From NCBI GenBank assembly GCA_963822445.1, contig CAWGHO010000003.1, forward strand, positions 640,001 to 704,000: DNA of 64,000 nucleotides. The letters run 5' to 3'. The translations under genes were made by a program, and so were the position numbers. Every line of letters begins with the position of its first letter. The stretch's first letter is position 1. Below are positions 46,088-54,306 of this stretch, piece by piece. Origin of the DNA: an uncultured Acidobacteriota bacterium. GTDB taxonomy: Bacteria; Acidobacteriota; Thermoanaerobaculia; Gp7-AA8. Under the pieces are notes generated by a model, which was given only the letters and a program-made list of their open reading frames with translations, was not told the origin of the DNA and searched no databases.

Positions 46088-46904
46088 GTTTCCGTTCGAG
46101 CAACTCTCGGACCGACTCTTCGATCCGCTTTCCTGTCGTTTCCAGGGTGATGTCCGCCCGGCCGTAGAGCTCGCTGCGCTCGTCGAGGATGCGGCGGAGG
46201 TCGTCCATGGCCTGTTGGGATCCGGCCATCGGCCTGAGATCTCCCTGATCCAGAACCCGTTGCATGTGTTCCTCGGGCGTCGTCCGGACCCAGACCGTGA
46301 AGCAGCTGCGGAGCAGTAATTCATAGGTGGCGGTCTCAGAGACAAGACTGCCGCCGGTGGCGACGATGAAGCGAGGTTGCGACGCGAGCAGCTCCTGCAG
46401 GGCCTGCAATTCGTAGCGGCGGTAGGCCTGCTGGCCGTAGAGCTCGATGATCGAGCCGAGGGAGGTGCCGGAGAGGCGCTCGATCTCTTTGTCCAGCTCG
46501 AAAAAGGGGATTTCTAGCTCGTTCGCGGCCGCGGCGCCGATCGTGGTTTTGCCCGCGCCGCGGAGGCCGACCAGGGCGATGCGAGCGGCACGGCTCGGTT
46601 GGGCGACGCCCGAGGACGCCGCCGCGATCGCGGCGTGCGCTTCCTTCCATTGCTCGGGAGTCAGCCGCGCCAGAAACTCCTGCACCGTTTCCTCGGCGAC
46701 GAGCCGGCTCAGTGGAAGCCCGAGCGCGGCGGCGATGTGCCGGAGCAGGAGCAGGGAGACGTTGCCTTTTCCCGACTCGAGTTGGGTGAGATAGCGCTCG
46801 GAAATGCCAGCGTGATGGGCGAGGAGCTTCCGGCTCATCCCCCGGCGGGCGCGCTCGCCGCGGATGCGCTCACCGAATGCGCGGAGGAAGTCGGGATCCT
46901 GCAA
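46077..46904 (-). CDS. boxR: XRE-HTH / shikimate-kinase-like transcriptional regulator (BoxR/BzdR family)
   Basis: SERYLTQLESGKGNVS HTH plus GLRGAGKTT P-loop; adjacent to boxCB. Confidence 0.9.
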   Translation of the reverse strand: MQDPDFLRAFGERIRGERARRGMSRKLLAHHAGISERYLTQLESGKGNVSLLLLRHIAAALGLPLSRLVAEETVQEFLARLTPEQWKEAHAAIAAASSGVAQPSRAARIALVGLRGAGKTTIGAAAANELEIPFFELDKEIERLSGTSLGSIIELYGQQAYRRYELQALQELLASQPRFIVATGGSLVSETATYELLLRSCFTVWVRTTPEEHMQRVLDQGDLRPMAGSQQAMDDLRRILDERSELYGRADITLETTGKRIEESVRELLERKPEL

Positions 46905-46908
46905 GATG

Positions 46909-46924
46909 CGGAATTATAGTTCGG
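46909..46924. promoter_or_regulatory. Candidate BoxR operator overlapping the boxR -10 box
   Basis: CGGAATTATAGTTCGG is 15/16 identical to the reverse complement of 46072-46087. It contains TATAAT on the minus strand, 8 nt before the TTG start. Confidence 0.6.
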
Positions 46925-46950
46925 GCGCGGTGTGGTGCCTGCACCACACG

Positions 46951-47220
46951 TTACTTCGAGACGATCGTCCAGATGCCGATGGCGATGAACCCGACCCCGG
47001 CGATGGTCTTGAGCGCGCGGGGGGAGATCACCCGCTCGATCACGCCGCCGAGGAGGACGCCGAGGGCGGCGGCGAGGACGAGGGCAAGCGAGGCGGCGAG
47101 AAAGATCAGCCACTTGCTGGTGTCGCCCTTCGCGGCGAAGAGCATGGTGGCCAGCTGGGTCTTGTCGCCGATCTCGGCCAGGAAGACGGTGGTGAGGACG
47201 GTGAAGAAGGTGCGCCACAT
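46951..47220 (-). CDS. UPF0016 / GDT1-TMEM165 family protein (single-repeat form)
   Basis: FLAEIGDKTQLAT signature; three TM helices. Confidence 0.88.
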   Translation of the reverse strand: MWRTFFTVLTTVFLAEIGDKTQLATMLFAAKGDTSKWLIFLAASLALVLAAALGVLLGGVIERVISPRALKTIAGVGFIAIGIWTIVSK

Positions 47221-47285
47221 GAGGGGCGCAGCATGTCATGAAGATGCGAGCGGCGGCACCGCCGGCCGCCGCTCGCACATCGCGG

Positions 47286-47843
47286 CTAGAGGCTCGCGCT
47301 CCAGAGCACAGTGCCGCTGTTGCTGATGGCGACCAGCGACCGGGTCGGCGGGGCGTCGTCAGTCGCCGCCGGAGTGACGACCACGGCGTACGTGCCGCCG
47401 CTGTACGGCTCGAGGTCGGTGATGCGGCCGGTGATGTTCAACGTCCAGGCAGTCGCGCCGGAGGCCGTCGAGATCGCGGTGATCGTCGACGAGGCCGCGG
47501 CGTCGGTGCTGGAGTCGGACACGGACAGCAGGTTGCTGCCCGAGAGAACCAGCCGTCCGCGCCGGTTGGACAGCGTGGAAGTCCACAGCGTCGCACCGGT
47601 CGTGCTGATGGCCTTGATCTCCATGCTCGGTGACGGAGCCTGCAGGTCGCCCGGATCATCGGCGACCGCGAACACGGTGCCGTTGTCGGCTACGATCACG
47701 TTTCCACCCGGTCCGCGCTCCTCACCACCACCACCAGGACCACCCTGACCGGGCCGGCGTCCGCCACCCGGTGCGCCACCCTGCGCGAAGGCAGCGCCGG
47801 CAATCATCATCACTGCGAGAAAAGCAATCAGAACTCGTTTCAT
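47286..47843 (-). CDS. Small secreted protein with Gly-rich linker and PQQ-like propeller blades
   Basis: AGGAG SD, ATG 47843, signal peptide, repeated AIS..G..xW motifs. Confidence 0.7.
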   Translation of the reverse strand: MKRVLIAFLAVMMIAGAAFAQGGAPGGGRRPGQGGPGGGGEERGPGGNVIVADNGTVFAVADDPGDLQAPSPSMEIKAISTTGATLWTSTLSNRRGRLVLSGSNLLSVSDSSTDAAASSTITAISTASGATAWTLNITGRITDLEPYSGGTYAVVVTPAATDDAPPTRSLVAISNSGTVLWSASL

Positions 47844-47880
47844 TTTGTGTGTTTCTCCTTTCAACGGGGAGATCACATAG

Positions 47881-47895
47881 ACAAGCGAGGTGCCA
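47881..47895 (-). promoter_or_regulatory. Candidate sigma-54 (-24/-12) promoter
   Basis: Minus strand reads TGGCAC-CTCGC-TTGT, against the consensus TGGCAC-N5-TTGC. Confidence 0.6.
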
Positions 47896-47976
47896 CGCAT
47901 GCCGCAGAGAGGAGCCGCGTCCGCGCCGCGTCGAAATGACGCGGCTGCGCGTGTCGCGATGACTCGGCGTGGGCAA

Positions 47977-48136
47977 CAGGGGACGACCAAGGGCCTCCGG
48001 CGGGCCGGCCACGGGCCGGCAGGCGCTGGTTGTGCCTTCTGCCAAACTCGCGGTAGCTGGCGCGGATCGCGTTCACGCCAACATCAGCGCCTGCCGGCCC
48101 GCGGCCGGCCCGCCGGAGGCCTCCCGTCGTTCCCTG
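47977..48136. repeat. About 160-bp palindromic element with long terminal inverted repeats (copy 2)
   Basis: Same termini and core as 40585-40741, inverted. Confidence 0.85.
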
Positions 48137-48142
48137 TCGCGT

Positions 48143-48799
48143 CTAGCCGGGCCGTCGCTGCGGCGGCTTCGGAGGCGGCGGCGTGTCGCGAGGCTCGCGG
48201 CGCGCGTCGTCATCGCGATCCTTGCCGCGACGATCCTCCTCGCCGCGATCGCGCGTCGGGTCCTCGCGGCGGCGATGCTCCGGCATCGGGCGCGTCGTGG
48301 GCGGTCGGCGCGGGCCGTGCGTCGATTCCTCGCCGGCGCGCACGAAGATCGGCTGCATCTGCAGCGGCGACTGGAGCTCCACGACACCCTCGTAGACATC
48401 GACTGTCGTGTTGCCGTTTGCATCGACGCGGACGTCGAATTGCGTGCCGCGCACGGCGAGCAAGGCTCCGGGCGTTTTGACCACTCGCGGTTCCGTGCCG
48501 GTGATCTTGTCGAAGGCGGCGCGGATCCGGCCCCGCTCGACGGAGAGGATCACGCCGGGTGTTCCATCGGCGAGCTTCACTTCCGTCGACCCGTAGATCT
48601 CGAACTTCGCGGCGTGATTCTCCGTGGCGATGCGGGCGTACGAAAACCAGCCCGTCTCCACCGAGTCGCCGCCCTTCGCGTGATCCCCTTTCGAGATCTG
48701 CGCGTCGTTCAGCTTCACCGTTCGCTTGATCTCATCGAACCGGTAGTCCTGCGCGAGGACGGGAAGCGCGAACAGCAATGCGATGAGCGTTGTCTTCAT
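48143..48799 (-). CDS. FecR-domain secreted protein
   Basis: VKTPGALLAVRGTQFDV..VDVYEGVV motif. Confidence 0.82.
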   Translation of the reverse strand: MKTTLIALLFALPVLAQDYRFDEIKRTVKLNDAQISKGDHAKGGDSVETGWFSYARIATENHAAKFEIYGSTEVKLADGTPGVILSVERGRIRAAFDKITGTEPRVVKTPGALLAVRGTQFDVRVDANGNTTVDVYEGVVELQSPLQMQPIFVRAGEESTHGPRRPPTTRPMPEHRRREDPTRDRGEEDRRGKDRDDDARREPRDTPPPPKPPQRRPG

Positions 48800-48806
48800 G
48801 GGAGCC

Positions 48807-50162
48807 TCATTCGTCCAGTGAGATGTTCAACCGTTTGATCTTGCGGGCCAGCGTCTTCCGCTCGATGCCCAGAATGAATGCGGCCTGGGTCTGATTCCCG
48901 CCTGTTGCGCGGAGCACTGCCGCGATGTGCTTTTTCTCCGCGTCGTCGAGCGACGTCAGCTCGGCGGGTGGCGTAGCGGATTGAGGAACTGCGGCACCGT
49001 CTTCGCGCGGCGTCATCGCTCGCAGCGTGGCGGCCGCGGCGTCGGCGTCGGTCAAACCGCCGGAGTCGATGATCGTGCGGCGGATGACCTGCTCGAGCTG
49101 GCGCACGTTGCCTGGCCAGGATTGTGAGCCGAAGAGATCGAGCACTGCCTGCGACGGGCCGGGCACCGTGTCGCGCTTCAGCTCCGTGACCATGCGGCGC
49201 CGGAAGTGCTCGACGAGCATCGGAATGTCGGACCTTCGTTCGCGCAGCGGCGGAACGGGGATCTCGTAGCCGGCCAGCCGGTAGTAGAGATCCTCGCGAA
49301 ACGACCCCGCGGCGACCATGGCCTTCACGTCGCGATGCGTGGCGGCGATGAGCCTCACCGACACGCGATGGCTCCTTTCCGATCCGAGCGGCGTGACCGT
49401 GCCGTCCTGCAGAAAGCGCAGGAGCTTCACCTGAAAGGCGGGGGAGATGTCGCCGATCTCATCGAGGAACAGCGTGCCGCCGTCCGCGCGCGAGAGCGCT
49501 CCGCGGCGATCGGCGCGCGCATCGGTGAACGCGCCGCGCGTCGATCCGAAAAGCTCGCTTTCGAGCAGCGTGTCCGGAATCGCACCGCAGTTGATGGCCA
49601 CGAACGGGCCGGCGGCTCGGTCGCCGAGGTCGTGGATCGATTGGGCGACCAGTTCCTTGCCGCTGCCGCTCTCGCCGAGGATGAGCACGGGGACGTTGAG
49701 CGAGGCCACGCGCATCACCGCCTTGTACATCTCGATCATCGACGGATGCGTGCCGATCATGCGCGAATCGGGCGGCGCCTCGATCTCCACGTTCCGCGGC
49801 GCAGCCTTGCGCGATGCGGCGGCGACGCGCTCGATGAGCTCCGCCAGATCGAACGGCTTGGCGAGGTAGTCGAAGGCGCCGAAGCGTTGCGCCAGCGCCG
49901 TCGTTTCGATGCTGCCCCGCGCGGTCATGAGGATCACGCGCGGCGGGTCGTTGCGCTCGGAGATGGCCTTGAGCAGCGTCAGGCCGTCTTCGCCGGGCAT
50001 GTAGATGTCGCTGACGACGACGTCGACGCGATGCTCGCGCAACACGCGCAAAGCGCTCACCGCGTCGCCGGCGCGCAGCAGGCGATGGCCCACTTTTTCG
50101 AGCGCCATCGCCGCGCTTTCGCGAATCCCCTCGTCGTCATCGACGACCAGCACCGTCGCCAT
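48807..50162 (-). CDS. Sigma-54-dependent response regulator (NtrC family)
   Basis: Receiver domain; GESGSGKE, GAFTDA, LFLDEIG and WPGNVRQL; Fis-type HTH. ATG overlaps the kinase stop (TGATG). Confidence 0.93.
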   Translation of the reverse strand: MATVLVVDDDEGIRESAAMALEKVGHRLLRAGDAVSALRVLREHRVDVVVSDIYMPGEDGLTLLKAISERNDPPRVILMTARGSIETTALAQRFGAFDYLAKPFDLAELIERVAAASRKAAPRNVEIEAPPDSRMIGTHPSMIEMYKAVMRVASLNVPVLILGESGSGKELVAQSIHDLGDRAAGPFVAINCGAIPDTLLESELFGSTRGAFTDARADRRGALSRADGGTLFLDEIGDISPAFQVKLLRFLQDGTVTPLGSERSHRVSVRLIAATHRDVKAMVAAGSFREDLYYRLAGYEIPVPPLRERRSDIPMLVEHFRRRMVTELKRDTVPGPSQAVLDLFGSQSWPGNVRQLEQVIRRTIIDSGGLTDADAAAATLRAMTPREDGAAVPQSATPPAELTSLDDAEKKHIAAVLRATGGNQTQAAFILGIERKTLARKIKRLNISLDE

Positions 50163-51913
50163 CAGGCGGTCTCCGTCACGAGCGGGAGTATGAAGCGAAA
50201 TCGCGAGCCTCCGCCGCTCCCGCTTTCCAGCGAGACCGTTCCGCCATGCCATCGGGCGACTTCTGACACGAGAGAAAGTCCGAGTCCCAATCCTTCCGTT
50301 CCGGCCGCCGACGAGCCGCGAACGAACCGTTGAAAGATCCGCTCGCGATCCTTCGCCGCGATTCCCGGACCCTGGTCTTGGACTTCCACGACCGCGTCGC
50401 CGTTTACGCGGCGCACCTCGACCCGTACGTCGCCGTCGGTGTACTTGAGGGCGTTGCCGACGAGGTTGTCGACGACCCGTTCGATCAGCATCGCGTCTCC
50501 GCGGACCATCACGCCGCTTCCGGCAGTCGCCTCCACGCGATCGTTGCCGCTTCCCAGAAGCTCCGCCCGCGCGCCGACCAGGTTGCCGAGATCGAAGACG
50601 GCGGAGGAGGATTGAAAGTCGCGCAAGGGAAGCCTTTCGAGATCGAGCAGCGCGCCGACCATCGACTGCAGTTTGCCCGCTTCGGCTTCGAGCAGTTTCG
50701 CGACGCGGCGGCGTTCTGCGTCGTTGAGATCGAAGCCGCTCAGAAGCTGGGTCAGGCCGCGCATGGATGCCAGCGGCGTTTTCAGCTCGTGGGCGAGGAC
50801 GCGTTTGGATTCGATCTCCTGCGCGCGCTCCTCGGCCATGCGCGTGGCCACTTCTTCGAGGCGGATGCCGAGGTCCTGCGTCGATGCGGCCATGGCTCGC
50901 GCTTCGACTGTCGCTCCGGTGATGACGATGGCGAGGACCAGCATGCCGAATGGGGCGGCGGTGCCGAATGAGGCGAGCAGCGCGTAGCCGCCGAAGGTCG
51001 CGGCGAGCAGCAGGATCGCCATCGACGTGAGCCGGGTCGCGCGCGAGCGTCGTCGCAGTTGCACGATCGTGCCGGCGGCAAGTCCGGCGAGCAATCCGCC
51101 GGCAAGCGGGGAGAGCACGCGAATGCGCTCGCCTCGCAAGAGCGACTCCGTTGCCGCGGCATGCACGGTGACGCCGGGATCGGGCGCGAGCGGGGACGAT
51201 ACGGGTGTGAGCACGCGGTCGCCGAGGCCGAGGGCGGTGGGGCCGATGAAGACCAGCTTGTTGCGGAGCTTCGTCGTGTCGGCGCGGCCGCGCAGCAGAT
51301 CGAGCGCGCTGATCTGCGGAATCGCGCGCGGAGGCGTGCGGAACATCGGCGCAACCGTGCGGCCGATGGGGACCGATTCTGAGCGGACCATCGACGCGGC
51401 CACGTACGACAGCGCGGTGTAGGGCCGGTCCTCGCTCTGTTTGGTCGTGGCGAAGCGGCGAAGAATGCCGTCGCGATCGAGCTCGAAATTGCCGTGGGCG
51501 ACCGTGCCGGCTTCGCGAATCAAGGGCGCGGGCACGAGCCACTGCTCGTTCTCGACGAGCACCGAGACCGCCGCGCTTGGAATCCGTTTCATCGCCGCCG
51601 CGAGGACGTCATCGCCGGTGCGCGGATCGGCGAGGAGGATGTCGAGGATCGCGCCTTTCGCTTCGGCATCGGCGGCGCGCGACACGATCTGCGCGAGCAC
51701 GTCCCGCGGCCAGGGCCACGGTCCGATCTCGCGCAACGAGCGCTCGTCGATCGTCACGACGACCGACACCGCGGCCGCTCGCGATGGCAACGCGCGCACG
51801 GCGATGTCGCGCAGCGGCAGCTCCAGTGTCTCGACGAAGCCGAAGGCCAGCAGAAGCGTCACGGCGATCGCGGTGACGGCGCCGATCCACAGTGCCGCGC
51901 CCGGCCGAGTCAT
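50162..51913 (-). CDS. CHASE2-domain sensor histidine kinase
   Basis: IDERSL..GPWPWPR CHASE2 motif; AHELKTPL H-box; NALKY; GLGLGL. Confidence 0.92.
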   Translation of the reverse strand: MTRPGAALWIGAVTAIAVTLLLAFGFVETLELPLRDIAVRALPSRAAAVSVVVTIDERSLREIGPWPWPRDVLAQIVSRAADAEAKGAILDILLADPRTGDDVLAAAMKRIPSAAVSVLVENEQWLVPAPLIREAGTVAHGNFELDRDGILRRFATTKQSEDRPYTALSYVAASMVRSESVPIGRTVAPMFRTPPRAIPQISALDLLRGRADTTKLRNKLVFIGPTALGLGDRVLTPVSSPLAPDPGVTVHAAATESLLRGERIRVLSPLAGGLLAGLAAGTIVQLRRRSRATRLTSMAILLLAATFGGYALLASFGTAAPFGMLVLAIVITGATVEARAMAASTQDLGIRLEEVATRMAEERAQEIESKRVLAHELKTPLASMRGLTQLLSGFDLNDAERRRVAKLLEAEAGKLQSMVGALLDLERLPLRDFQSSSAVFDLGNLVGARAELLGSGNDRVEATAGSGVMVRGDAMLIERVVDNLVGNALKYTDGDVRVEVRRVNGDAVVEVQDQGPGIAAKDRERIFQRFVRGSSAAGTEGLGLGLSLVSEVARWHGGTVSLESGSGGGSRFRFILPLVTETA

Positions 51914-51960
51914 CGCGGCATGGTAGCGCGTCGTCTCCACCTGCTAATCTCCGTCGCCGC

Positions 51961-54294
51961 GTGGCCTTCGTCCTCTACGCGGCAACCGCGGCGTCGATTC
52001 TCTGGCTGGTGCACCGCTTCGTGCGGCCGATCTCGCTCGCCTCGATGATCGTCATCGCCGTGCTGCCACTGGGCATCACCGGCTACGCGCTGATCACCGA
52101 CTCCGTGTACGGCCCGATCGACTTCGCCTATCAATCCGAGCCGCTTTCCGCGCTCAAGGCGCAATACGGAATCGGCTACGCGCACAACGTCACCGCGACC
52201 GACATCTCTGCGCAATTCCTGCCGTGGCGACGCGCGGTGCAGCTCTCATTGCAGCGTGGCGAGTGGCCGCTCTGGAATCCGTACAACCACTGCGGTCACC
52301 TGATGGCGGCGTCGCTGCAGTCCGCGCCGTTCTCGCCGTTCACGCTGCTCGCGCTGCTCCTTCCCGCGGCGGTCAGCTTCTCCTACACCGCCGCCATCTC
52401 CCTCTTCATCGCCACCCTCGGCGCATTCCTGTTCGCGCGCGAGCTCGATTGCGGCGAAGGCGCGTCGCTCGTCGCGGCGGCGGGGTGGGGGTTGGCGGCG
52501 ATCACCGTTCTGTACTCGCTGACGCCGATGGGATTTGCGACTTCCTTCGCGCCGCTGATCCTCCTGGCCACACGCCGTGTCGTGTGGGTGCCCGGCGTCG
52601 CATCGGCGGCCTTGCTGACCATCGTCCTCGCGCTGTCGCTCTTCATCGGACATCCGGAATCGCTTTTTCTGAATGTCGTCGTCGCCATTGCCTACGCGGT
52701 GTTCGAGCTGATTCGACGCCGCGTCGCGCCGTGGCGATCGATTGCCACCGCGTTCGCGGCGGGGGCGGTGGCGTTGCTGATCTGCGCGATTCAGCTCCTG
52801 CCGTTCTTCGAGGCGATGCCCCAATCCGGGGAGTACGAATTCAAAGAACAGATCTGGGCGGCCTCGGAGCGTGCCTTGCCGGCCGATCGCGCTGCCGCGT
52901 CACTGGCGACTGATCTTTTTCCACATCTGCATGTGCGCCGCTGGGTCAAACCGGCCTTCGGATTGACCGGCGCGGAGACCGCCGCCGCGGGCAGCATCAT
53001 CCTGGCGTTGGCGATTTACGCGGTGTGGCGGCGGCGAACTGCGGAGACGTGGTTCTTCGCGATCGTGGCGCTTTGCTGCATCGCCGCTGGGAATCGCTGG
53101 TCGTTCGTCGTCGACGTGCTGCAGTCGATTCCCATCTTCGACATCGTCCATCACGAGCGGCTGAACTTTCACGGCGCGCTGTCGCTGGTCGTGCTCGCGG
53201 CGCTCGGCGTCGATCACATGATTCGCCGCGACGATTTCCGTGCTGCGGCGGCGACCCTGATCGGCGTGTTCGCGTTTCTGGCGATCGGCACGTTCGCGGT
53301 TACGCGCACCGTCGTCCTGGCGAACGATCCCGCCGATTGGGGCCGGTACAAGATCGTCGCGGAGCTCGGTGGTCTAGCGCTGGCGAGTGTCGTGTTGATA
53401 GCGAAGCGGCGCGTGTTGCCGGTGCTCCTCGCACTTCTCGTTACCCAACGCATCGCTTCGGAAGCAGGCACCTTCAAGACCTATCCCGCGAAGGCAGCCT
53501 ATCCGAAGATCGCCCTCCTCGAGCCGCTGCAGACCATCAAGGAGCCGTTCCGTGTCGTCGGTGCGTCCTTCGCCCTGCTGCCCGCGGCGAACATCTACTA
53601 CGGCCTCGAAGATCCCCGCGGATTCGAAGCCCTCACCCTCGGCGGCCTCGTGCACACCTGGAAGTTGTGGTGCCAACACCAGCCGATCTGGTTCAACCGT
53701 GTCGACGATCTCTCGCGGCCTTTTCTGTCGGTCATGAACGTCCGCTTCGCCATCCAGGCGCAGGGCGCGCCGATCGCGGAAGGCTGGCGTCCGATCGGTG
53801 CTCAGGGCAATGCGGTGCTGCTCGAAAACGAGCGCGTCATCGAGCGGATCTTCATTCCGCGGCGCGTGCGCGTCGCCGACGAAACGCCGGCGCAAGTCGC
53901 CGATCGCATGGTCGCGGCGACTGACTTCCGCGAAATGGCCTGGATCACCGATCGCGGCGTAAACACGCACGAGCGCGACAACGGTCCGGGCTCCCTCACG
54001 CTGCGCGAGCGGCGGATGGGCGGTGAGTATCGCTTCGATGCAGACATGCAACGCGACGGGTGGGTCGTCATCTCCGACGGCGCGTGGGATGGCTGGCGCG
54101 CGTACGTCGACGGCCGCCGCGTGCGCATGCAGCGCGCGAACGCGGCGTTTCTGGCGGTGTACGTTCCCGCAGGACGGCACGACGTGCGCGTCGTGTACTG
54201 GCCGGAATCATTCGTCCGCGGACGGGCCATCACCTTCATCACGCTGATCGCCATCGGTCTTTTTGCGCTGATCCGCCGCGTTCGACTACGCTGA
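51961..54294 (+). CDS. YfhO-like polytopic membrane protein (paralog of 36456..38819)
   Basis: Same motif series as the paralog. GTG 51961 aligns with the paralog start. Confidence 0.8.
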   Translation: MAFVLYAATAASILWLVHRFVRPISLASMIVIAVLPLGITGYALITDSVYGPIDFAYQSEPLSALKAQYGIGYAHNVTATDISAQFLPWRRAVQLSLQRGEWPLWNPYNHCGHLMAASLQSAPFSPFTLLALLLPAAVSFSYTAAISLFIATLGAFLFARELDCGEGASLVAAAGWGLAAITVLYSLTPMGFATSFAPLILLATRRVVWVPGVASAALLTIVLALSLFIGHPESLFLNVVVAIAYAVFELIRRRVAPWRSIATAFAAGAVALLICAIQLLPFFEAMPQSGEYEFKEQIWAASERALPADRAAASLATDLFPHLHVRRWVKPAFGLTGAETAAAGSIILALAIYAVWRRRTAETWFFAIVALCCIAAGNRWSFVVDVLQSIPIFDIVHHERLNFHGALSLVVLAALGVDHMIRRDDFRAAAATLIGVFAFLAIGTFAVTRTVVLANDPADWGRYKIVAELGGLALASVVLIAKRRVLPVLLALLVTQRIASEAGTFKTYPAKAAYPKIALLEPLQTIKEPFRVVGASFALLPAANIYYGLEDPRGFEALTLGGLVHTWKLWCQHQPIWFNRVDDLSRPFLSVMNVRFAIQAQGAPIAEGWRPIGAQGNAVLLENERVIERIFIPRRVRVADETPAQVADRMVAATDFREMAWITDRGVNTHERDNGPGSLTLRERRMGGEYRFDADMQRDGWVVISDGAWDGWRAYVDGRRVRMQRANAAFLAVYVPAGRHDVRVVYWPESFVRGRAITFITLIAIGLFALIRRVRLR

Positions 54295-54306
54295 CGCTCA
54301 CACACA

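Noticed and set aside
48807-51542. 911-aa ORF suggesting a long N-terminal extension of the NtrC regulator
   Set aside because: The extension is an alternate frame of the kinase gene. The true start is ATG 50162 at the TGATG overlap.
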